From contig CAVXGK010000002.1 of the NCBI GenBank assembly GCA_963761305.1, positions 224,001 to 288,000 of the forward strand: a stretch of 64,000 bases of DNA, in the 5' to 3' direction. Position 1 is the stretch's first letter. Every line of letters begins with the position of its first letter. Below the pieces are notes generated by a model. It ran no database searches, had not been told where the DNA came from, and saw only the letters and a program-made list of their open reading frames with translations. This document shows positions 1 through 10,861 of the stretch, in pieces. Source of the stretch: an uncultured Gemmatimonadaceae bacterium (GTDB taxonomy: Bacteria; Gemmatimonadota; Gemmatimonadetes; Gemmatimonadales; Gemmatimonadaceae). Both the position numbers and the translations under genes were made by a program.

Positions 1-1117
1 TGCCCGACGGCGTCGCGGCAGACCGGCAAGCGACAGGGCGTGTGGTCCTCGCGCTCGAAGCGCGAGCGTCAACCGTCCGCTCCCAGCGTGATGTCATGCG
101 AGCTGTATACACGGATGAGTATCCAGCGGTTCGCAACGCCCGAGCCGAGGATAGCGCGATCAGCGAGCGACTAGTCGAAATCCGCCGCAGTATGTGACGC
201 GTTTTCTCGAGACTCACCCCCGGATTGGCGCGGTCGAGTTTGGGTCGAGTTTCTCGCTGCGGAGTGCTACATCGTCGATCTGCGGACGGCCCGTTTGCGT
301 CGCCGATGTTTCAACGCGGACCAGCGGTCACAAGGAGCTGTCACCGCACTCGCCACATGAGCCGCCGTTCGGATGAAGACGTACTTCAACGGTTGGCTCG
401 GCCAGCGGCTGCACCCGGTCGGGCATCCGATTTGTCTCATCGATCAATCGACCGCCACCAAGCCGACTCTCCACGCCACCAGCGAACAAACGAGTTTTCC
501 GAACGACGAGCTGACTTTCCCGTCGATGCACGTCACCGGTAGCATCGAAGAGATCACCGACGTCGCACGAAGCATTCAAGGAGGCAAGGCGACGGCATCA
601 ATTGTTCGGAAACGCAGTTCACAACGACTGCAAGACAGTCGATGAGCGAGTTCAGTCCCATCACGCGAGTCAGTGATAGCGGAGGGCATTGAACCGCGCG
701 CGCCAACGAATTGGTCGCAATGCGGTGGGAGTTTACAAGAACGGATCACAACACGCGGACGCAGAGGCGATCCCAGACGTTCTCCATCCCACCAACGACG
801 GGTTAGCGCACCAGCCGTTGAGGTGAGCGGAACCGGCGCTGAGCCCTGTGGTCGCGCCACATCTGGTATCGGTCGCAACGCATAGGGCACCGCCACCACC
901 GCATAGCTGACGCGAACCACTCGATGCGTCTCAACGCCACCAGTCGAGAGATGACCTGACCCCTCCCCCAAGGTCACCGCCACCACCGCGCGCCTTACCG
1001 GTCGCCGCGCGTAGATGAGCGGCTCGCCTGCCGAGCCGATCGCCACCAACGGGAACATCGATGCGACCGTCTGTCGAACCCATCGCCACCATCTCGCGAG
1101 GCATCGCCACCAAGAAA

Positions 1118-1195
1118 TGTGCGGCATTGTGGTTTGGAGACAGGGGCGCCGCCGCGCCGACGCCGATGAATCAACACGGATCAGAACTCTACGCG
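1118..1195. repeat. 78-bp imperfect direct repeat, copy 1
   Basis: Aligns with 7104-7180; core 1158-1195 vs 7143-7180 is 36/38 identical; includes the asnB last codons and stop. Confidence 0.85.
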
Positions 1196-3044
1196 CACGT
1201 CCTGCCACCGTTCGCCGTGCACGAATATTCGACCCCACACCTCGAGCGCGATCAGTTTGTAGAGCAAACCCGTCTGCTCGCCACACCACGCTCGCAAGTC
1301 GGCCGGCGTGAGGCGTGTCCACTCCGCCACGAATCCATTCTCCAACAGCTTCGGCATCTTGGTGGAATAGGCGACAAACGGCACCGAGAACCCGACCTTC
1401 GGACGATTCACGACGCTTGCCGGGAGATGGCGGAGCGCCACTTGCTTGAGCAGTCGCTTGGTCTGCGAGCCGCGAAGCTTCTGGTCCAAGGGGAGGTTGA
1501 GGGCAAAGTCGAACAGGTCATGCTCGAGAAAAGGCACGCGGCCTTCGATCGAATGGAGCATCAACATGCGATCGAGCCGCTGGAGGAGTTGCTGCATCAA
1601 GAATCTTGCATTGAGGAGCATGAAGCTCTGGACCCGGGCGTCGCGGCGGTTGGGCATCCAGTCATAGCTCGCCACGGCCTGTCGCCAGCGGGACCACGAC
1701 TGAAAGCCTTGTCCGACGAAACTCAGCGCCTTGATGGGTTCGTCGAGGCTCCACGTGGCGAAGCCAAACCCTACGTGCGCATGCTCCTGGAAGTCGGAGG
1801 GGCCGTACTTGAAATAGAGGTACGGGTCGGGGCCTTCCGTCCGGGCGAGAAACCGGCGCACCGCGCCCGCCACGAAACGTGAAGGCCTCCACCGGGACGA
1901 AAGGCGGCTCAACGAGTTCTGATAGTGGCGATACCACCAATAGCCCCCGAACAGCTCGTCGGCGCCTTCGCCTGACAGCAGCACTTTGAGGCCGTCCTCG
2001 CGAGCCTTGCGGGCGATCAAGGCCAGACTCACGGAGTGGGGCTGCGCGACGGGCACATCCAGCGCGTACGTCACCTCCGGAAACATCTCCCAGAACTGAC
2101 CTTGGTCGATATGACTGGTCCGCAGTTCGGCGCCGACATGGCGAGCGACCTGCTGCGCGAAATGCGTCTCGCGACCTTCGCCCTCGAAGTCGGCGTGATA
2201 GAGCGCGACGCCGTGATCCCGCTTTGCCACGACCGCGGCGATGAGCGACGAATCGAGCCCGCCGCTGCACAACACGCCGATCGGCGCATCGCTCTGTTCA
2301 TGCAACGCGATGGATTGCTGCAATCGATTGTCGAGATCGTCGACCAGGGTGTTGCTCGCGAGCAGTCGCGCGTACGCGTCGCGGTCGACCCGGGACTCGA
2401 GCTCGCCGTAGATCGCGTCCGTCCGCTGCCCCGTGACCGTGTTCAGCGTCACATATCGACCGGGAAGCACCTCCTGCACATTGGCGAACGGCACAAAGTT
2501 CTCGCCGATGCGGTTGTACACGAGGAAGTCCTTCAGGCGATCGAGATTCGGCACGTATTCGAGATTCTTGATCTCCGAGGAGAACTCGAAGTGGCTGTCC
2601 GCGGCGACAAAGTACAGCGGCTTGATCCCCGTCGTGTCCCGCGCCAGCAGCAGCGTTCGCGTCGATGCCTTGTAATAGGCGAACGCGAACATCCCGTTGA
2701 GCAGCGGGAGGCACTCGCACTCCCAAGCGGTTGAGCAAGAGGAACAGCACCTCGGTGTCGCTGCGGCTCCGCAAGTCCTCGCCGACGAGATAGCGCTGCT
2801 GGAGGGCGCGCCAATTGTAGATCTCGCCGTTGAACACGAGCGACGCGTCGTCGTTCGCGAATGGTTGATTGCCCGCCGCCGTCAGGTCGAGGATGCTGAG
2901 CCGCGTGTGGCCCAAAAACACGTTGTCACGCTGCTGCGTCCCGAAGTTGTCCGGCCCGCGATGGCCAAGCATCCGGGTTCGGCGCGCGCAGTCGGAGTAG
3001 TCGATCGGCCGGCGGATGCCGACGCAACCGTAGATACCGCACAT
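1181..3044 (-). CDS. asnB: Asparagine synthase (glutamine-hydrolysing)-family amidotransferase; one frameshift near 2717
   Basis: N-terminal MCGIYG, HRGPD, LGHTRLSILDL, FNGEIYN, SDTEV in ORF 2298..3113; GMFAFA, LARDTTGIKPLY, SGGLDSS, SGEGADELFGGY, EGRVPFL in ORF 1181..2692. Confidence 0.9.
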
Positions 3045-3234
3045 GTTGTGGGGGCTTTGGGTAGCAGGGCGTGGAGAGAAACAAAAAAATACGAAGGTGC
3101 TCTCGTTTCGCACATCCCGATGACGGAGCGCGGGATCTCAGTCGCCCGAAGATCGTGGCCACCGGACGTTCGCCTTTTCCAACGTTCGGTAGCATGTTGA
3201 CAACTCTCCCGGTTCTTTTCGTGTCTCACTCGGC

Positions 3235-6200
3235 ATGAGATCTCTCCTCGTCCTTCTGGTCCCCGCCACGCTGGCCGCTCAGGTCGGCCAACCCGGCCCT
3301 GCGGAAACCGTCAGGGGTCACGTCGAGAGCGACTCGGCGCGGGCGATCGTCGCCGCCACCGTGATCGTCACTCGAGGACCCGACCGGCTTACCGAGCATA
3401 CCACCACCGACAGCGCCGGCAACTTTCGCGTCCACTTCGACACGGGAACCGGCGACTATCTCGTCTACGCCGCCGCCACGGGCTACAAGTCCGCGCGGCG
3501 GCGCGTACAACGGCAAGGTTCCGAGCGCGAGATCGTCGCGAACTTCACGCTGGTTCTCGATCTGACGAAGCTCGCGGCCACCAAGGTCACCGCGACCAAG
3601 CCCGTGCGCGCGAACAACTCGGTGGGCCCGATGCAGCAGGATCCCGGCGCGGCCGAGAAGTGGTCCGACGGCATCAACGGCCAGATACCGCCCACAGTCG
3701 CGGGCGACCTCACCGCGATCGCCGGCACCATGTCCAACGTCACAGTCACCGGCGGCGGCGTGTCGATTCTCGGATCCGATCCAAGCGCCACACTCGTCAC
3801 CATGAACGGCATGGCCAGCGCCGCGGCGTCGATTCCGCGCGCGACGCGCAGCGACACACGCGTCACCGGCGCCACGTTCGACGCCACCCGCGGAGGATTC
3901 TCCGGCGCGGCCATCGATACGCGCCCGGCGCAGGGCAATCGCAATTACGAAGAGCGAAACGGCTACTTCAGTCTCGACCCCACGTCGCTCCAATTCACCG
4001 ACCCCACGTCGCGCGCCCTCGGTGCCGCCAGCGGCGGCTTTCGTCTCAGCGCTGCGGCGGACGGCGAGCTCATTCGCGACGCGCTCACCTACAACACGTC
4101 GATCGACGTCCGCCGAGCGGTGGGCGACCCCGCGACGCTGCTCTCCGCCGACCCGGACGTTCTGTTGCGCGCCGGCGCGTCGCCTGACTCCGTGGCGCGT
4201 CTCGTCGCCACGGCGCGTCCGGCCGGCGTCCCGCTCACGGGCGCGAACATTCCGGGCAACCGTGAGCACCGCAACGCCACGTGGCTCACGCGCCTGGACG
4301 ACACCCGCGATACGCTCGATCATAGAATGCTCACGACGTATGTGAGCTATACTACCGACGGCGCGCTTGGGTTCGGCGCGCTCACGGCCCCATCGGCCGC
4401 GGGCCAGCGGCAACAGACGTCGTTGGGCGCGCAGTTCGTTCAGGATAAGTTTGTCGGGCCGGGTCGCCGCGTGCTCAACGAATCGCGCTTCAGCGTCGGC
4501 GACACAAAGACGCAGCAGTCGCCCTATCAGGCGTTACCGGGCGCCAACGTGCTGATCGATTCGCCGGATCCCACCGCGCCCGGCGGACAGGATGTGGACA
4601 TGGTGACGCTGGGCGGCGCCCCAGGTCTTGCGAGCAACAACACAAACTGGTTCGGCGAAGCGGCAAACGAAACCGATTGGTTCGCCCACGGCAACCGCCA
4701 CCGCTTTCGCGGGCTCGCGTGGTTGAGAATCGACGGGCTGAATCAATCGGCGAATCCCAACCAGTACGGATCCTACACCTACAACTCGCTCGCCGATTTC
4801 GCGGCGAACACACCGAGCACGTTCACCCGAACCCTCACCGAGCCGCCGCGCACGGGTCAGGTCTGGAATTCCGCGCTCGCTTTCTCGCACACCTTCGTGC
4901 CGAGCCAGTTCGTTTCCCTCATCTACGGCGCGCGCGTGGAGGGCGACGGGTTCTTCGGTGCGCCCACACAGAACCCGGCGCTCGAACAAGCGCTCGGCGT
5001 TACAACCGGCGCGGCACCGTTGCGCGTTCACGTCAGTCCGCGCATCGGCTTCACCTACCGCTACAACCGGGACCGCGACAACGGCAACGGCATGTCAGGG
5101 AACCGGGTGGGCAGCTTCTATAGAAGTCCCTTCGGCGTGATTCGCGGCGGCATCGGTGAGTTCCGCGATCTGCTCACGCCCGGCGTGCTCGCCAACGCCA
5201 AAGCCGCGACCGGACTCGCGAGCGGCACGTCGGTCCTTTCGTGCGTCGGCAGCGCGGTGCCGCTGCCCAACTGGAACAGATTCGTCGGCGACCCAAGCTC
5301 GATTCCGAGCACGTGCGCGGACACCACCGGTCCGCTGGCCGAGCGCGCGACGGCTGTGAACCTCATCAATCCGTCATACGACGTGCCGAGAAGCTGGCGC
5401 GCGTCGCTGGACTGGTCGACGGAGTTCGGTTCGTGGCTCACACAAATCAGCACGCTCGCGTCGTACAACCTGAATCAGCCCGGCCTGGTCGACGCCAACT
5501 TTGCCGGCGCGCAGCAGTTCACGCTCGCCGACGGCAGCAATCGTCCCGTGTTCGTCACGCCGGCGTCGATCGATCCCGCCACGGGCGCGCTGTCGGCATC
5601 GGCGGCTCGGCGTAGCACAGAGTTCGGCGCCGTCGACGAGCGAGTCAGTGATCTCAAGGGCTATGGTGGCCAGGTCACGTTCCGCGTGTCGCCGGACGTC
5701 TTCAAGTTCCGCGGCCGGTTCCAGCTCTACACCTCGTTGAGCTACACGCTGCAGAAAGTCGAGAGCCAGTTCCGCGGCTTCGACGGTGCGGGATTCGGCG
5801 ACCCGCGCACGATCGAGTGGGCGCCGAGCAACTACGACGCGCGTCACGTGCTGGTGCTGTCCGCTGGGATCGCCGTGCCGCGGGTCGGAAGCTTCACGGC
5901 GTTTTCGCGCATCCAGTCGGGCTTTCCGTTTACGCCCATCGTCCAAGGCGACATCAACGGCGATGGCGTGAGCGGAGATCGCGCGTTCATCCCGAACCCG
6001 GCCACCACGAAGGACAGCCTCGTCGCCGCGCAGCTCCGGTCGCTGCTCGCCAGCGGATCCCCGACGGCCAAAGACTGCATCTCGGCCAACCTCGGTCAAG
6101 TCGTGCCGCGCAACGGCTGTCGTGGTCCATGGACGCAGACGCTCAACGCGCAGTGGTCGCCGTACATGCCGCAAAAGTGGAACAATCGAGTGACACCCAC

Positions 6201-6948
6201 CGTGTACTTCAACAACGTGCTGGCGGGTATCGACCAGATGTTGCACGGCAGTTCGGGGCTGCGCGGATGGGGGTCGCCCGCCATACCAAACCCGACACTA
6301 CTGGTGCCGCGCGGTTACAGCGCCGGCGCGCAAGCGTTTCTCTATACGGTCAACCAGCGGTTCGCCGACACGCGGCCGGGTCACTCGCTGCTGTTCAACC
6401 CATTCCAGGTCATCGTCGATTTCCGCGTCGATCTGACGACGAATCCCGACCTTCAGCAATTGCGGCGCGCGGTGGAACCGGTGCACGGGCCGGCGGGCTG
6501 GATTCGTCGCAGCTCGGACTCCCTCACGGCGTTCTATCTCCGTCAGACCTCGAGCGTTTACAAGCTGGTGCTGTCCGAGTCGGACTCGCTGTTCCTGACG
6601 GCGCTGCAGACGACGGCGTTGCGTCGAGCGGACTCCGTATTCAGCGCGCGGGTGATCGCGGTCTACGGACCGCTGGGAGCGTACCTCGCCAAAGGCGAGG
6701 GCGCCGCCGGTCCGGCGGAGTTGGACAGCGTGGTCGCCACGCAGAAGCTCTACTGGACGAGCTTTTGGGAGCAGCCGGAGATCGTGGCCGACATCATCAC
6801 GCCGGAGCAGCGCGAGCTGATCCCGCTCGTCAAGAATCTTGTGAGCGTTCCGAAGGAAAATCGAGAGCACTCGCGATTCTTCTTCGGATCGCCCGTGACG
6901 GTCCCCAAGAAAGCCCCGCCCGCTCCTGTCGTACCCGAGGGTAACTAG
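3235..6948 (+). CDS. Large outer-membrane TonB-dependent-receptor-like protein with N-terminal carboxypeptidase-regulatory-like domain
   Basis: Signal peptide; TTTDSAGNF...GDYLV N-domain; plug-like FDATRGGFSG; SPRIGFTY, IRGGIGEF, GDINGDG motifs of Oar-type receptors. Confidence 0.75.
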   Translation: MRSLLVLLVPATLAAQVGQPGPAETVRGHVESDSARAIVAATVIVTRGPDRLTEHTTTDSAGNFRVHFDTGTGDYLVYAAATGYKSARRRVQRQGSEREIVANFTLVLDLTKLAATKVTATKPVRANNSVGPMQQDPGAAEKWSDGINGQIPPTVAGDLTAIAGTMSNVTVTGGGVSILGSDPSATLVTMNGMASAAASIPRATRSDTRVTGATFDATRGGFSGAAIDTRPAQGNRNYEERNGYFSLDPTSLQFTDPTSRALGAASGGFRLSAAADGELIRDALTYNTSIDVRRAVGDPATLLSADPDVLLRAGASPDSVARLVATARPAGVPLTGANIPGNREHRNATWLTRLDDTRDTLDHRMLTTYVSYTTDGALGFGALTAPSAAGQRQQTSLGAQFVQDKFVGPGRRVLNESRFSVGDTKTQQSPYQALPGANVLIDSPDPTAPGGQDVDMVTLGGAPGLASNNTNWFGEAANETDWFAHGNRHRFRGLAWLRIDGLNQSANPNQYGSYTYNSLADFAANTPSTFTRTLTEPPRTGQVWNSALAFSHTFVPSQFVSLIYGARVEGDGFFGAPTQNPALEQALGVTTGAAPLRVHVSPRIGFTYRYNRDRDNGNGMSGNRVGSFYRSPFGVIRGGIGEFRDLLTPGVLANAKAATGLASGTSVLSCVGSAVPLPNWNRFVGDPSSIPSTCADTTGPLAERATAVNLINPSYDVPRSWRASLDWSTEFGSWLTQISTLASYNLNQPGLVDANFAGAQQFTLADGSNRPVFVTPASIDPATGALSASAARRSTEFGAVDERVSDLKGYGGQVTFRVSPDVFKFRGRFQLYTSLSYTLQKVESQFRGFDGAGFGDPRTIEWAPSNYDARHVLVLSAGIAVPRVGSFTAFSRIQSGFPFTPIVQGDINGDGVSGDRAFIPNPATTKDSLVAAQLRSLLASGSPTAKDCISANLGQVVPRNGCRGPWTQTLNAQWSPYMPQKWNNRVTPTVYFNNVLAGIDQMLHGSSGLRGWGSPAIPNPTLLVPRGYSAGAQAFLYTVNQRFADTRPGHSLLFNPFQVIVDFRVDLTTNPDLQQLRRAVEPVHGPAGWIRRSSDSLTAFYLRQTSSVYKLVLSESDSLFLTALQTTALRRADSVFSARVIAVYGPLGAYLAKGEGAAGPAELDSVVATQKLYWTSFWEQPEIVADIITPEQRELIPLVKNLVSVPKENREHSRFFFGSPVTVPKKAPPAPVVPEGN

Positions 6949-7103
6949 TACTCATTCGGACTGGCCGGCCGGACGGCGCAGCCATCTAGCCGGTAGGTCG
7001 AAGCTGCATCGAGGACCGCGTCACCCTGACTCAGGTGATCGCGATCGAGCTGTGTCAGCCGCCGAACACGCCGCCACAATTCGTTCGGCGCGACGAGCCG
7101 AGC

Positions 7104-7180
7104 TGTGCGGCGCTCGTGGTCTGGACACAAGCGCTTCGGCGTCGACGCCGATGAATCAACCCGGATCAGAACTCCACGCG
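7104..7180. repeat. 77-bp imperfect direct repeat, copy 2
   Basis: Aligns with 1118-1195; lies about 30 bp beyond the epimerase stop. Confidence 0.85.
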
Positions 7181-7208
7181 TCGCGCGGGCAGATCCCGTC
7201 GTCCCGAT

Positions 7209-8123
7209 TCACGGGTCGACGACGGCGGCCGCGGACCATCCGCTTTCAACAGTCGGGTATTTCAAAACCCAGCTGGTCGCGGACTTGAGCCTGTCGTTGG
7301 AAATGCGAAGCGACCGGGCCATCATTGTGCCGAGGCTTCCCGTAAAGCGGATGATCCAGCGTGGCGGCAGACGCGGCGGGCGCACGCGTTGCATTCTGGC
7401 AAGCGCGTCGCCGAACTGGCGCCGCGTCAACGGCTCGTCATCGACGACGTTGTACGCTCCGGAGGGCGCGTCGAGTGCCGCGACGACCGCGGATGCAGCA
7501 TCCTCGTGATTCACCATCGAGAAGAAACCGTCGGGACGCCCGAGAAGCGGCAGCCAACCGCGACGCACGTATCGCAAGACATCGTGCGTGAAACCGTCGT
7601 GAGAGCCATAGAAGAACGCGAACCGCAAGGCCACACCCGCTCCCCCGGATTTCGCAAATCGATCGACCGAGGCTTCGGCGTCGAGCACGGAGCGATTATA
7701 GCGGACCGGTTGGAGCGGCACGTTCTCGTGGATCCACCGATCCCCGGAATCCGGGTAGACCGGCGCGAACGATTCCTGAACGAATCCGCGAACGCCCGCG
7801 GCCATCGCTGCGTCGACGAGGAGTTGTGATCCCTGGGTTCGGATCCGGTTCATCTCCTTCCACGACCCGTAAAGGAATTGCCGGAAGGTGGTGCTCGGCA
7901 CGTGCGTCGCGAGGTTGACCACAACGTCCTTTCCAGCGACTGCCTGGCGGACGGCGACGCGATCGAACAGATCGAGCACGATCGACGAGGCGCCAACGCG
8001 TTCGAGCTCGCGAAGCGATTCAAGCGAGCGACCCGCCCCGGTCACCTCGTGTCCGGCGCGGACCAGCAGCGGAATCGCGCGCCGTCCGATCACTCCCGTT
8101 GCTCCCGTGACGAGGATGCGCAC
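7209..8123 (-). CDS. NAD-dependent epimerase/dehydratase (atypical SDR)
   Basis: MRILVTGATGVIG Rossmann motif, VVNLAT, HEDAASA, YNVVDDEP. Confidence 0.9.
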   Translation of the reverse strand: MRILVTGATGVIGRRAIPLLVRAGHEVTGAGRSLESLRELERVGASSIVLDLFDRVAVRQAVAGKDVVVNLATHVPSTTFRQFLYGSWKEMNRIRTQGSQLLVDAAMAAGVRGFVQESFAPVYPDSGDRWIHENVPLQPVRYNRSVLDAEASVDRFAKSGGAGVALRFAFFYGSHDGFTHDVLRYVRRGWLPLLGRPDGFFSMVNHEDAASAVVAALDAPSGAYNVVDDEPLTRRQFGDALARMQRVRPPRLPPRWIIRFTGSLGTMMARSLRISNDRLKSATSWVLKYPTVESGWSAAAVVDP

Positions 8124-8132
8124 CGGTGAGCG

Positions 8133-8243
8133 TCACGGTTCGAGATTGAGCGTCGCGAAGACGTCGGCCCACGCTTTCCTTTTTTGCTCCGTGCGCAGGT
8201 ATTGCAGCGGCGGCACCAGGTCAAAGAAAGTGATGTCCGGGCA
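8133..8243 (-). pseudogene. Fragment resembling a YybH/SnoaL-like (NTF2) protein
   Basis: Manual translation PDITFFDLVPPLQYLRTEQKRKAWADVF resembles the family motif; truncated at both ends. Confidence 0.5.
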
Positions 8244-8524
8244 CGATACCGAGTGCAAACGCGGGACCGCGGTTCACGCCCGCACCTCGATGCATCACGA
8301 GGTACGAGTTCCCCTCGCGGTACGCGATGCTCGTGCAGCTGAGGCGCGGGAGAGAAGCGTTCTCGTCAGTCAGGATCAAGAGCTCTAATATTGAGCTGGG
8401 GCTGGCGCCGCGTTCGCCGCCGTTGCGCCCCTGTCGCGCACCGGAACAGACCTGGCGCTCCAGGGCTTGTCAGCGGCGGCGGCGGAGGCCCTTTCTACCA
8501 AACCCACATCACCCGAGGCCGACG

Positions 8525-10861
8525 GTGAGCGACGATCCCGCAGTGCGGTGGCGCCAGGCCCCTAACTGGGCGATCCGGATCGACCCAGCACGCGGCGACT
8601 ACTGGGAGACCGGGCACATTAACGATGTGGCAGTCCCGTCTAATGGGCCGTTGATCGTCGGCTCGCAAAGCGGTGGCGTCTGGTCCGTGTCGCCCGATGG
8701 TACCTCGGCGGTGCCGCTCTCTGACAGCTGGGATGTTCCCGACATCAACTGCGTGGCGTTCGGGCAGGACGGAGACAACCACGTTTTCGCCGGCGGGGGT
8801 TCCCAGAGCCGTAGTGCCCTCCATGTCACTGATCCCTCGGCTCCGGCGCCGCTGTTCGCGTGGCATGAGATCGCTTCTATCCAAACGCTCAAACCCGGAC
8901 AGATCTACTCAGTCGCCGTGCTACACGCTCCGCGCCGGATCGTGGTGGCCTGTGATGCTGGGCTACTCTGGGCCGAGGTCCCGCCGGCCGGTCCGCCGGC
9001 CCCCGGTTGTCTTGCCGCCCTGCTGGGGCTTGGCTCTGCGACCCCGTGGACGGACGCGTTCACATGGAAACCCGCGCGCGATGGCGACGGAACGTTCAAT
9101 GGCGCGATGTTCTCCGTCGTGATCGGGAGCAGCAACGCCAACCGCCAAGGACGGCCCGAGGGACTGGTCGGCACGACCGTTGTTTCGGGAGCAATGGGCA
9201 GCGACAGTTCCCGAGGCCTGTTCGTCGGAGCCTGGGAGGCATCCGGCGATCTCGTGATGCGCCGCGCACATCTGACCGGCCTCGACGACCTCGCGCAGTT
9301 GATGATGGGTGCCGTGTCTATGGACGTGTGCACAGGGCGGCCGTCGCGCTTGTACGCCGCGTGCAGCACTTCAAAAAACGACGGGGACAGTGGTCACCTC
9401 ATGACGGTGATCCGCTCCGACGACGGTGGGCAGAAGTGGGACCTGTGCGGCACGAAGCTCACTGGAACGACGACCGGCACGTTGTTGACGAATGCTGGCG
9501 CACAGGGAGCGAACGGTTGGAACAATTGCGTCGGCGTTTCCCCGATCAACGCGGATTTGGTGGCGGTGGGTTGGGAGTTTGGCCCGTTCGTGTCGGCCGA
9601 CGGCGGCGCCACCTGGTACAAAGCCGAAGGCACCAACCACGCTGACTATCACGCTTTGGTTTGGAGTCCGTCGATCGGCATCACAATCGAAGGTGCTATA
9701 CGGGAACGCCTTTACGTCTGTTCCGACGGCGGGATCATCTCGACCGACGACTTCGGTAAGACGTTCGACGGGTACTACAACAAGAGAATCCACGTATTGC
9801 AATGCTATTCCGCCGATGGTGGAAGGCAGGCGTGGGGATCGATCGGCGCTTCGGCGGCGATGCCCGGTATCCTTGGCGCCGGCACCCAGGACAATGGCAA
9901 CATCTGGTCGCCTGTTGAACCCGGTGCGGATCCCTTCGTGAAGTTGGACAACGGGGACGGTGGGTTCAATTGCTATCTACCGAATGGGTGGGCGTTGCAC
10001 AGCCTTGTTCTCGATGGCTCGGCTGTGATCGCCTCTCGCTGGGACCTGCCGTCGCAGACGTTCGTCGATACCCTCGTTCCGCCCATCAACGGGCCAAAAC
10101 CAGGAGCGGCCAAGGATTCGGCCGGCCTTAAAGGCGTACTCAGTCTCGAACCGGTTCTGCAGCCGCGCTTCAAGCATGGCCGCGAGCTCATGCACGCGAT
10201 TGCAGGCGTTTCGGACGGCGGCACCGGAGGTGACATCTACGGCCTTTTCATCGGCAGCGATCCGAAGACAATGGAGTGGCGATACCTCGGCTCCGTTGGA
10301 GGCGGTCCGTGGTCCGTTGCTTCGGTGGACGGAACCGCGGTCTTTGTTGGCACGGGCAACCGCCGCATTTACAACCTCGATCCGTCCACTGGCGGAGCTG
10401 TCGAATACCTCTACGATCCGAGCCTGAATGCGACTGGCACCATCTATCGAATCGTTGCTTACGGCAACGACCGCGCGTTTGCGATCCAGAACCGGGACAG
10501 CGACGGTGACATCATCGCCCTCCGGGATTTGGTCTGGTCGCCTGCGCGCCTTGGCATCCCCAGCACGGAAGGGGTGTTTTGGGGACTGACTGCCGCTCGC
10601 AACATCGACAATGACGTGCTCATCGCAGTGACGGACGCGAACGCCTGGATCTCCTACGACGAGGCTCGCAGCTGGCGCCGCGCGTCTCAGGGATTGCCCG
10701 CCCGTCCGCACTGTGCGGACGTCCGCTTCGTCCGCAACGACGATGGCAGTCAGCGGCTGCAGCTCGGCACCTACGGTCGCTCGACGTGGGTCGCAGACTT
10801 GCTCCCGGACTCAGACGGACAAGTCAACATTCCCGGCCAGCCGCCGCTGCGGTTTGGCTAG
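8525..10861 (+). CDS. BNR/Asp-box (sortilin/VPS10-like) beta-propeller protein
   Basis: Asp-boxes RSDDGGQKW, SADGGATW, STDDFGKTF, SYDEARSW; HADYHAL, DGG, GTQDNG, GTYGRS; GTG start at 8525 inferred. Confidence 0.8.
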   Translation: MSDDPAVRWRQAPNWAIRIDPARGDYWETGHINDVAVPSNGPLIVGSQSGGVWSVSPDGTSAVPLSDSWDVPDINCVAFGQDGDNHVFAGGGSQSRSALHVTDPSAPAPLFAWHEIASIQTLKPGQIYSVAVLHAPRRIVVACDAGLLWAEVPPAGPPAPGCLAALLGLGSATPWTDAFTWKPARDGDGTFNGAMFSVVIGSSNANRQGRPEGLVGTTVVSGAMGSDSSRGLFVGAWEASGDLVMRRAHLTGLDDLAQLMMGAVSMDVCTGRPSRLYAACSTSKNDGDSGHLMTVIRSDDGGQKWDLCGTKLTGTTTGTLLTNAGAQGANGWNNCVGVSPINADLVAVGWEFGPFVSADGGATWYKAEGTNHADYHALVWSPSIGITIEGAIRERLYVCSDGGIISTDDFGKTFDGYYNKRIHVLQCYSADGGRQAWGSIGASAAMPGILGAGTQDNGNIWSPVEPGADPFVKLDNGDGGFNCYLPNGWALHSLVLDGSAVIASRWDLPSQTFVDTLVPPINGPKPGAAKDSAGLKGVLSLEPVLQPRFKHGRELMHAIAGVSDGGTGGDIYGLFIGSDPKTMEWRYLGSVGGGPWSVASVDGTAVFVGTGNRRIYNLDPSTGGAVEYLYDPSLNATGTIYRIVAYGNDRAFAIQNRDSDGDIIALRDLVWSPARLGIPSTEGVFWGLTAARNIDNDVLIAVTDANAWISYDEARSWRRASQGLPARPHCADVRFVRNDDGSQRLQLGTYGRSTWVADLLPDSDGQVNIPGQPPLRFG

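Noticed and set aside
194..645. Short ORFs at the window start
   Set aside because: No recognisable motif or RBS; possibly a degraded gene, but unsupported
1181..3044. asnB as a lasso-peptide cyclase
   Set aside because: It retains the complete N-terminal Cys glutaminase domain; no B protein, RRE or precursor nearby
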